Assembly (NCBI GenBank): GCA_030390025.1
Contig: JASTWF010000361.1
Location: forward strand, 372,001 to 436,000
DNA length: 64,000 bases
Source of the DNA: Squalus acanthias
Taxonomy: Eukaryota
Direction of reading: 5' to 3'
The position numbers and the translations under genes were made by a program. Below the pieces are notes generated by a model. That model had not been told where the DNA came from and did not search any database. It saw only the letters and a list, made by a program, of their open reading frames with translations. The stretch's first letter is position 1. Each line of letters starts with the position of its first letter. This document shows positions 39,001-48,451 of this stretch, one piece after another.

Positions 39001-42000
39001 CTGATCAGGAGCAGGAACCCTGGCTGATTTCACCTCTCTCTAACCCAGGTGTCACTGGGCAGTGATCAGGAACCCGGGCTGATTTCCCCTCTTTCTAACC
39101 CAGGGGTCACTGGACAGTGATCAGGAGCAGGAACCCTGTCTGATATCCCCTCTCTCTAACCCAGGGGACACTGGACAGTGATCAGGAGCAGGAACCCTGG
39201 CTGATTTCCCCTCTCTCTAACCCAGGGGTCACTGGACAGTGATCAGGAAACCTGGCTGATTTCCCCTCTCTCTAAACCAGGGGTCACTGGGCACTGATCC
39301 GGAGCAGGCACCCTGGCTGATTTCCCCTCTCTCTAACCCAGGGGTCACTGGGCAGTGATGAGGAGCAGGAACCCTGGCTGATTCCCCTCTCTCTAACATA
39401 GCGGACACTGGAGATTGATCAGGAAACCTGTCTGATTTCCCCTCTCTCTAACCCAGGGATGACTGGACAGTGATCAGGAGCAGGAACCCTGGCTGATTTC
39501 CCCTCTTTCTAACCCAGGGGTCACTGGACAGTGATCAGGAGCAGGAACCCTGGCTGATTTCCTCTCTCTAACCCAGGGGTCACTGGGCAGTGATCAGGAG
39601 CAGGAACCCTGGCTGATTCCCCCTCTCTCTAACCCAGGGGTCACTGGACAGTGATCAGGAACCCGGGCTGATTTCCCCTCTCTCTAACCCAGGAGACACT
39701 GGACAGAGATCAGGAGCAGGAACCCGGGCTGATTTCCTCTCTTTCTAACCCAGGGGTCACTGGCCAGTGATCAGGAGCAGGAAACCTGGCTGATATCCCC
39801 TCTCTCTAACCCAGGGGACACATGGACAGTGATCAGGAGCAGGAACCCTGACTGATTTCCCCTCTCTCTAACCCAGGGGTCATTGGACAGTGATCAGGAA
39901 ACCTGGCTGATTTCCCCTCTCTCTAAACCAGGGGTCACTGGGCAGTGATCAGCAGCAGGAACCCTGGCTGATTTCCCCTCTATCTAACCCAGGGGTCACT
40001 GGACAGTAATCAGGAGCAGCAACGCGGGCTGATATCCCTTCTCTCTAACCCAGGGGTCACTGGAAAGTGATCAGGAACAGGAATCCTGGCTGATTTCCTC
40101 TCTCTCTAACCCAGGGGTCACTGGGCAGTGATCAGGAGCAGGAACCCTGGCTGATTTCCCCTCTCTCTAACCCAGGGGTCACTGGGCAGTGATCAGGAGC
40201 AGGAACCCTGGCTGGTTTCCCCTCACTCTAACCCAGGGGACAATGGACAGTGATCAGGAACCCTGGCTGATGTACCCTCTCTCTAAACCAGGGGTCACTG
40301 GACACTGATCAGGAGCAGGAACCCTGGCTGATTTCCCCTCTCTCTAACCCAGGTGTCACTGGGCAGTGGTCAGGAACCCTGGCTGATTCCCCTCTCTCTA
40401 ACCCAGGGGTCACTGGACAGTGATCAGGAGCAGGAACCCTGGCTGATTTCCCCTCTTTCTAACCCAGGGGTCACTGGAAAGTGATCAGGAGCAGGAACCC
40501 TGGCTGATTTCCCTTCTCTCTAAACCAGGCGTCACTGGGCAGTGATCAGGAACCTGGGCTGATTTCTCCTCTCTCTAACCCAGGAGACACTGGACGGTGA
40601 TCAGGAGCAGGAACCCTGCCTGATTTCCCCTCTCTGTAACCAGGCGTCACTGGACAGTGATCAGGAGCAGGAAACCTGGCTGATTTCCCCTCTCTGTAAA
40701 CCGGGGTCACTGGACAGTGATCAGGAGCAGGAACCCTGGCTGATTTCCCCTCTCTCTAACCCAGGGGTCACTGGACAGTGATCAGGAAACCTGGCTGATT
40801 TCCCCTCTCTCTAAACCAGGGGTCACTGGGCACTGATCCGGAGCAGGCACCCTGGCTGATTTCCCCTCTCTCTAACCCAGGGGTCACTGGGCAGTGATGA
40901 GGAGCAGGAACCCTGGCTGATTCCCCTCTCTCTAACATAGCGGACACTGGAGATTGATCAGGAAACCTGTCTGATTTCCCCTCTCTCTAACCCAGGGATG
41001 ACTGGACAGTGATCAGGAGCAGGAACCCTGGCTGATTTCCCCTCTTTCTAACCCAGGGGTCACTGGACAGTGATCAGGAGCAGGAACCCTGGCTGATTTC
41101 CTCTCTCTAACCCAGGGGTCACTGGGCAGTGATCAGGAGCAGGAACCCTGGCTGATTCCCCCTCTCTCTAACCCAGGGGTCACTGGACAGTGATCAGGAA
41201 CCCGGGCTGATTTCCCCTCTCTCTAACCCAGGAGACACTGGACAGAGATCAGGAGCAGGAACCCGGGCTGATTTCCTCTCTTTCTAACCCAGGGGTCACT
41301 GGCCAGTGATCAGGAGCAGGAAACCTGGCTGATATCCCCTCTCTCTAACCCAGGGGACACATGGACAGTGATCAGGAGCAGGAACCCTGACTGATTTCCC
41401 CTCTCTCTAACCCAGGGGTCATTGGACAGTGATCAGGAAACCTGGCTGATTTCCCCTCTCTCTAAACCAGGGGTCACTGGGCAGTGATCAGCAGCAGGAA
41501 CCCTGGCTGATTTCCCCTCTATCTAACCCAGGGGTCACTGGACAGTAATCAGGAGCAGCAACGCGGGCTGATATCCCTTCTCTCTAACCCAGGGGTCACT
41601 GGAAAGTGATCAGGAACAGGAATCCTGGCTGATTTCCTCTCTCTCTAACCCAGGGGTCACTGGGCAGTGATCAGGAGCAGGAACCCTGGCTGATTTCCCC
41701 TCTCTCTAACCCAGGGGTCACTGGGCAGTGATCAGGAGCAGGAACCCTGGCTGGTTTCCCCTCACTCTAACCCAGGGGACAATGGACAGTGATCAGGAAC
41801 CCTGGCTGATGTACCCTCTCTCTAAACCAGGGGTCACTGGACACTGATCAGGAGCAGGAACCCTGGCTGATTTCCCCTCTCTCTAACCCAGGTGTCACTG
41901 GGCAGTGGTCAGGAACCCTGGCTGATTTCCCCTCTTTCTAACCCAGGGGTCACTGGAAAGTGATCAGGAGCAGGAACCCTGGCTGATTTCCCTTCTCTCT

Positions 42001-42500
42001 AAACCAGGCGTCACTGGGCAGTGATCAGGAACCTGGGCTGATTTCTCCTCTCTCTAACCCAGGAGACACTGGACGGTGATCAGGAGCAGGAACCCTGCCT
42101 GATTTCCCCTCTCTGTAACCCAGGCGTCACTGGACAGTGATCAGGAGCAGGAAACCTGGCTGATTTCCCCTCTCTGTAAACCGGGGTCACTGGACAGTGA
42201 TCAGGAGCAGGAACCCTGGCTGATTTCCCCTCTCTCTAACCCAGGGGTCACTGGACAGTGATCAGGAAACCTGGCTGATTTCCCCTCTCTCGAAACCAGA
42301 GGTCACTGGGCAGTGATGAGGAGCAGGAAACCTGGTTGATTTCTTCTCTCTCTAACATAGGGGACACTGGAGATTGATCAGGAAACCTGACTGATTTCCC
42401 CTCTCTCTGACCCAGGGCTGACAGGAAAGTGATGAGGAGCAGGAACCCTGGCGGATTTCCCCTCTTTCTAACCCAGGGGTCACTGAACAGTGATCAGGAG
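36009..42500. repeat. Satellite array block 2
   Basis: Same 61/55-bp monomer, resuming in phase after the CR1. Confidence 0.97.
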
Positions 42501-44224
42501 TGTAAGGGATTCTCTCCTGACCCTGCGTGTCTCGTAGCCTGTGAGGTTCACGCGGCTCTGTGCAGCCTGTATGTCAGTGCGGGTCTAGGCCTGGTCTCCA
42601 GCCAGTCTGGGAACACTAGACACCCCTGTGAGTGGTTCGAATCACTCTCCCTTACGGTTCTAGACACTGGACTTAGATGCGAGAGCAGTAATGGAGATAA
42701 AACTCATGTAGACTTGGTTTGAATGGTACGAAATGGAAAATCTTTATTGCATGATGCTTAAAATTATGAAATACATGTCATACGCACAGATTAATGACAG
42801 TACAATCTTACAAACAGTTATAATCACTCTTAGGGAAACGAGGAACGAACGGCACAACGTAAATAGGGCACACATTACAAATATCCTTAATCTTTAAACC
42901 CTCCCCTATCAATATCTATCCTAAACTAGCTTCGTAGGATCTCGAGACTCATGCTCACCACTCGTAATAACTCGGAGAAATCCCGAATAGCTGATCGGAT
43001 GTTTTTCACCGCAGCACCCACGTGTTGGTCAGGAGATCTCCTGGTCCCACTTGTTTACTGCTTCTGCTGCTCGGTCAGTCGGCTGGACCGTCCGCTGTAG
43101 TGAAGACCTCTGTTGGTGGACTTCACAGTTTAGTCGAGGAGCACCGTTGTCAATATCACTGATACGATGTGTTTGCACAGTCCAGTTATCATTGATGCAA
43201 TATGTTTTGTTAGAAGTTTTTAAAGAAGAAAACTTCCTGGCGAGAAAACTTGGCTGATCGACCTACAGGCGCGGTCGGGATTTACTGACCGTGGCGATGG
43301 ATATGGTCTTCTTCTCTTCTCCTCTCATCTCATCTCATCTCATCTCATCTCATCTCGGGCCTTTGGTTCCGCTGCCAGCTACCAACATAGGTCTTCGTTA
43401 CGCGACACGAGGTAGATCCGAACGGATCAGAAAGTTCAACAGTCTTTTCAGAAGAGGCAACAGGCACGCAGAAGCCCAACTACGAGCACACAGGAGCAGC
43501 CACGAGGTTACGAATCGACCGGATAAAACACAGGAGCAGCCACGATGATAAAAGCAGCAAGCGAGCAAGAGGCAAGAGTCAAGAGACAAGAGAAAGAATG
43601 GACGGTTTGGAGCCCGCAATTATAGTGCAAAAATCTTCCGTTTCCTGCCCAACTATAATGTCCATTCTTTTGTTTAGGGTTTGGCGCCCAAATGTCTTGT
43701 ATGGGTGATCTCCGTCCTTAATGGGTTTCGGGGCTACTCATGAATGTTTGAGTACCTGTTAATACTTCTCCCATTGTTAAATCGGTCGGTGTTCTCCCTG
43801 GAGGGGTTTGGGGCTTCCAAGTGTCCTGTATAACTACCTGCTAACGGCTCTCTCATCGTAGAGTCGTTGGGAGTTTACATATTAATGTCCTTTGGATGGG
43901 CCCTTGATTACTCGGTACAATGGCTTTCCTTTGTACCTGGGAGACCGATTCCAGTATCTATGTTTATACTGCAAACCCATAATGTCTCGTGTATTATCTT
44001 CACTGTGCTGAATCGTTATCGATCTTGCACAAATGTTTAATGGAACGCCATCTTGTCTGCCTGTTGAAAGGTCTAGAACGTTCTGTCACGAGGTGCGGCG
44101 GCCATTTTACAGGCTGCTTGTGTCCAATTTAAACCTGACAGCATTCTGCTGAAATAAAAGCTGTTTGAACGAAACTTTGTGTTTTCTCCTTATTAATCAA
44201 ATCGCGATAATTGCGAATTCTACA
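42501..44224 (-). repeat. 3' LTR
   Basis: Matches 50268-51991 at offset 7767. Minus-strand AATAAA at 42743-42748. Internal (TCTCA)n microsatellite at about 43324-43356. Confidence 0.95.
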
Positions 44225-44236
44225 GTCCCTCCTGTT
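44225..44236 (-). promoter_or_regulatory. Putative polypurine tract
   Basis: Minus strand reads AACAGGAGGGAC immediately before the TGTAG start of the 3' LTR. Confidence 0.6.
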
Positions 44237-44647
44237 GATGCGAATAACTCCGCTTATCGTATCAAAAATCTCAGTGGTGAGCAATCTTATCTCGATTTCA
44301 CTCCGAATCCAGTAAATTAATCCCATAAATTTTAACTTAACTAGGGTCTCTGTGTCGTCCTTATTTCCCAAGAAAATCACATTTTATATCACCATAGGCA
44401 TCATTTGCCCTTAAACTTACACCACTTGTCTTCCTTCCCGGCGTAACCAGGCCGATACCTCACGCATCACCTGTATATTTATCTTTTATTCAGGGAAAGG
44501 AAAAACAAAACCCAAAAACCAAACAATCAACACCATCACCAAAATAAACAAATCCCAACTCTTAAACATGTCGAGTTTCCAACGTATTTACAATGAGTAC
44601 AAACTTCCGCGGCGCACGTGGCGAGCGGGAGTGACGCCATTTTCCTA

Positions 44648-46999
44648 TTACACTGCGCTCTCATCGTGCACGCGCACGTAACGTTCTCGCCACTCTCCCG
44701 TGTTCTCATGCTTGGTGAGGCGCTTGTCTCTTTTACAATGTATGAACAATAGGTATACTACAATAAACACTTGACAGACGACTAAAATGTGGGAGGCTAT
44801 TCTGACCCATGAGGGCACTTCAATATTCGTGAACAGATTCCACCACGGTGGAACCACTATGTCCAAAATGTCTGTACCTATCTCGACAGTTTTCTGCTCT
44901 AAGGTATAAAAATGCTTTTGTGACACCGCGACGGCTTTCAGAAGTTTGGTTAAATGCTCAGGGAGAGGGGGAATGAGGTATCCAAAATGCGCGACAAATC
45001 GCTGCAAGTCGGTGAAATTCTCTTTTACTGTGAGATGAACAGTGGATGGTTCAGGGATTGGGATGATTCGCTGTTGTGCTACTTGAACTTCAGCCCTGGG
45101 TTTAAAACAGAAACTGCTGTCACTCACCGGACACCGGCTACGGTTTCCATGCTGGTAGTGTTGCGCTGCAGTGGTAACACAATATGTTCCACCCCCGATG
45201 TATGCTACCTGCGGAGGCACATGATCTTGTGCCATTGCCTCCATGGTGCAATTCATGGACTTGGCGCCAGCCGTTCTGAACCCGCACTGTGGTGTTAAAA
45301 AGGCATTCAAGTGCTGGGGGCACAGTATTATGTGTGCTCCCCTGCCACGACAACCAGAGAGATCTGTACCTGTCATCGTTTGCTCCCAGCGGATGACGTA
45401 AGGTGGAACCGCTGCATAACGAATGTGGGCTCCCCCCTGAATGACACCAATGTTCTCTACCCGATACACCGGGGCGGGCTTTGCTGTGTTGCCCAAAACC
45501 GGCATGCGTAATACTATTCCCATAATAGTATGGTTTGAACGTCCGCAGTCCACGGGGACTGGGTAAGCTTCTGAGGCTAGCCTGAGCTGGCACGGACTTA
45601 ATGCGTTCTGAAAAGGGTGGAGCGCCCGCAGGTGTTTGTTACTTATCCAGGACGGAACCAAACCTTGTTTTAAATCCTCCAAATTACTGCGGCCCTCGCC
45701 CAGTAACCACGCCCCGTAAAGCACGCACACCTCGTTCTGCGCAGCTTGATCGGATGCATTCCGATCTTCCCTGATCAGGGCATTTACCGTACGCGCATGT
45801 TTCTCCAGCTCTGCTATGATTTCCTTTAAATGGAGAGTCATGGCTTGGTCCTCGTGCAGACCCGACCCTACCACTTTATTCTCATCTGTTAGGATGTCCT
45901 TTAACTGTGTTTTTAAACCATTAATCTGGGTCTGCAGCTCCACACTGTCTAGAGCGTTGACCACAGATGTCCCTGTATTAAAAGCAGTGAACGCATCGTT
46001 CACCAAACCCCTTCTTTGCCTCCCTACTTGGTCCAAAACTTCCTGCGGTGCGGTGTATAAACTTGTCTTATCAATTTCTGCAAAATCAAACTCGTAAAAT
46101 TGCCTGAACATCTTGGTCAACAGGACCTGGTACAACTGTTCCGTCTTTTTGGGGCACCACTCTGGTAACCGTACCTCAGTGAGATTTAAAATCACCGAGG
46201 CCACCGCGTAATGTACCCCCTGAAATAGTATCTGGTCTGTGGGGACCAGTACCAAACCGTTCCCGGGTCCCTTACTAGTTTTAGGGCACCCTTCCTCTTC
46301 AGTTAGAACCACCGGAATCGTGGGCGGGGCTTTGCGTGGGCGCGTAATGAGCTCAGTGGCATTTACTGGGATCGGAGAGTATGGGGCTCCGCACCCCCTG
46401 GTGCTCGCATCCCACCTCATCCCCTGTCCGTTATCCTGCCACTGATTAATAAAGAATATGGAGATGCCTTTGGGGCAAACGTACTTTGACCCCCACATAC
46501 AAACATAAATCCCCTCATCCGGTTCCCACCATTTGTCCCAACAGACTTTCACTTGTCCGTCTGTCCCCGTAATTGTCCGATGGGTATTATTACCCAGTCG
46601 CTCCCACTCAACCGAAGAGTTTCTCATAGTTTTGCTCAGCTTTCGCAGCCACCACCATCGGCTCAATGGGACATCCCCACTGCAGGTCAAACAAATCCGT
46701 TTGCCGACGGTGACGCTGATCCTGGGTGCGATGATCCTTACTTTGGGGCACATTAAAGAAGTCTCTTTGTAGGCGAACCCCGATGTGCTGGAATACTCCG
46801 TTGAGTTCGTTCCCAGCCATCCTGGCCACCTTCCCTTGTGGAAATAGGTGCTGGTCCCTTCTGCCTTCCGTCTCCCGGTCCCATCCACCGCGATGGGGGC
46901 CGTGTCCCCGGAACATCCAAACACCACGACATCCTTGGTGTGGCCTCGATAGGCCAATCCACATCCGATTGCCACGAGCAATACTATAAGTCGTTCCAT
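44648..46999 (-). CDS. env: Envelope glycoprotein, 783 aa: signal peptide, Ig-like domain, furin site, class I fusion module, TM anchor
   Basis: Signal peptide MERLIVLLVAIGCGLA; several N-x-S/T sites; RQRR|GLVNDAFTAFNTGTSVVNAL followed by heptads; Cys-rich region; TM IASHILVVCQVFIVVYLLFIHC; 28-aa tail. Confidence 0.88.
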   Translation of the reverse strand: MERLIVLLVAIGCGLAYRGHTKDVVVFGCSGDTAPIAVDGTGRRKAEGTSTYFHKGRWPGWLGTNSTEYSSTSGFAYKETSLMCPKVRIIAPRISVTVGKRICLTCSGDVPLSRWWWLRKLSKTMRNSSVEWERLGNNTHRTITGTDGQVKVCWDKWWEPDEGIYVCMWGSKYVCPKGISIFFINQWQDNGQGMRWDASTRGCGAPYSPIPVNATELITRPRKAPPTIPVVLTEEEGCPKTSKGPGNGLVLVPTDQILFQGVHYAVASVILNLTEVRLPEWCPKKTEQLYQVLLTKMFRQFYEFDFAEIDKTSLYTAPQEVLDQVGRQRRGLVNDAFTAFNTGTSVVNALDSVELQTQINGLKTQLKDILTDENKVVGSGLHEDQAMTLHLKEIIAELEKHARTVNALIREDRNASDQAAQNEVCVLYGAWLLGEGRSNLEDLKQGLVPSWISNKHLRALHPFQNALSPCQLRLASEAYPVPVDCGRSNHTIMGIVLRMPVLGNTAKPAPVYRVENIGVIQGGAHIRYAAVPPYVIRWEQTMTGTDLSGCRGRGAHIILCPQHLNAFLTPQCGFRTAGAKSMNCTMEAMAQDHVPPQVAYIGGGTYCVTTAAQHYQHGNRSRCPVSDSSFCFKPRAEVQVAQQRIIPIPEPSTVHLTVKENFTDLQRFVAHFGYLIPPLPEHLTKLLKAVAVSQKHFYTLEQKTVEIGTDILDIVVPPWWNLFTNIEVPSWVRIASHILVVCQVFIVVYLLFIHCKRDKRLTKHENTGEWRERYVRVHDESAV

Positions 47000-47011
47000 C
47001 CTTCCTTGGTT

Positions 47012-47035
47012 CCTGTGATCAGATAGAATGAGGTA
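47012..47035 (-). promoter_or_regulatory. Putative env splice acceptor
   Basis: Minus strand CTACCTCATTCTATCTGATCACAG|GAACCAAGGAAGGATG, with the AG 13 nt upstream of the env ATG. Confidence 0.5.
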
Positions 47036-47308
47036 GCCAGCCTCGCAAAAAGTCTCTGGCTTTTGTGAAGTGTGAGCGGGTCCCCTGACCTCGCCTCACG
47101 TAAACTTCAACGTTTGCTGAACAGACTTCCTCTAAACCTAGCCTTAAAACTCCCATCATTTTATCGTTATCTGTTAAAACACTACAAACTTAGCCTTATT
47201 AAAACTACTAACTTAACCTTGAACTAAAACTTAAAACTTAACCTTGAACTATAAACTTAAAATTAAAACTAATACTTTACAGTGCCGCCCGTTCTCAGGG
47301 CGGCCCCT

Positions 47309-48451
47309 TTAAATTCTGAGAAGGCTGCTGCGAGCTCTTCCCGACGGTGGGAGGGCACTGACCCTTCCCTCTGATCTGCCGCAGCCTGTTGCTGCTTCGA
47401 TGTGGCCTGTCTCTACCCGGGTTATCTTAACCTGAAACTTACGCCTTGGGGCAGTCTGGGGACATGACCACATCCTCCTGGGCTGGGGTTCTCTGCTTGA
47501 CCTACGGGGAGTTGCTATGGGCGGGGGCTCCGTGACGGACGGACCGGGTTCCGAGACCTCCAACGGGACGACCTGGGGTTCCATCACAGTCGCCAGCTCC
47601 GCCTCCGCTGACTCCGCCTCCCTAACCTCGGGGCTGGCAGTTCGTGGCCCCGCCCTGCTCGGCCCAGCAAACGGCCCTTCACCCGTGATCTCTGCCTCCC
47701 CTGAGGACTGGACGTTCAAAGCGGGCGGCCACCCCTCTGGGAACCACATTGGTACTCCCTGTGCTCCTATAGCGGCTGACCCTGCCTCCTCTAGCTCCTC
47801 CCTCCTGTTGTCGGGACCTGCAGCTTGTGTGTCCACCCCGTGTGGATCTCTACCTATCGGCCCCAATCCTCCCAGACCGTTCCTCAGGAACCACCCGTCA
47901 TCATCACTATGCTCATCTGCACTATCCTCATCTGACCAGGGTACCCTGGGGTCCTCGTCATCTAACCCCCAACTCCAGAAAAACGCTGCATGATCGTCCG
48001 GGATGTCCCTTCCTCTGATGCAAGCTGCTATGCCTGCCTGTGTGCCTTGTGGTCCTACCTGGGGCTGTGCTTTCCCATTCGCAGGTCTGGCCCCTCCCTT
48101 AAGACAGGCCACCGCCCCTGCTTGTTTCTGTGAAATCTCACCTGCTGGAGGCTGCAGATTTCTATCCTGTTTTAAATCCTCATACTCCCTGCTCCTGGCT
48201 ACCCTGTAGGCTGTTTTTATCTCTCTAAGCTGCCCTTCTAGCCTGAGCACGTCTAACTTTCCCATTTCTCGGGCATTCTCCTCCCGCAGGGTCTGCTCTC
48301 TAAGCTGCCCTTCCAGCCCATCTATTTTCCCTATTAAGCGGGCGTTCTCCTCCCGCAAGGCCTGCTCTTTTAACCTGGCCTCCTTACCGCAGACCCCCTC
48401 CTGTGCGTGTCTTTTAAAAGGACACAGGTAGGCAGGCTGCGTGGGCTCTAG
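47309..48451 (-). CDS. Unknown ORF (ORFX, 380 codons) in frame with gag after a UGA; coiled-coil, then acidic/Pro-rich disordered
   Basis: 31 stop-free codons (LEPTQPAYLCPFKRHAQEGVCGKEARLKEQA) link the gag TGA (48452-48454) to the 349-aa ORF, which begins at a TTG (48358). No protease, RT or integrase motifs. Confidence 0.7.
   Translation of the reverse strand, partial: LEPTQPAYLCPFKRHAQEGVCGKEARLKEQALREENARLIGKIDGLEGQLREQTLREENAREMGKLDVLRLEGQLREIKTAYRVARSREYEDLKQDRNLQPPAGEISQKQAGAVACLKGGARPANGKAQPQVGPQGTQAGIAACIRGRDIPDDHAAFFWSWGLDDEDPRVPWSDEDSADEHSDDDGWFLRNGLGGLGPIGRDPHGVDTQAAGPDNRREELEEAGSAAIGAQGVPMWFPEGWPPALNVQSSGEAEITGEGPFAGPSRAGPRTASPEVREAESAEAELATVMEPQVVPLEVSEPGPSVTEPPPIATPRRSSREPQPRRMWSCPQTAPRRKFQVKITRVETGHIEAATGCGRSEGRVSALPPSGRARSSLLRI

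Noticed and set aside
43051..43619. Short ORFs inside the LTRs (also 50818-51386) as accessory genes
   Set aside because: They are under 90 aa with non-ATG starts, one crosses a microsatellite, and none has a motif. Their duplication only reflects the LTRs.
44129..44380. 83-aa ORF downstream of env running into the 3' LTR (nef/bel-like position)
   Set aside because: GTG start, short, no recognisable motif. It cannot be supported without conservation data.
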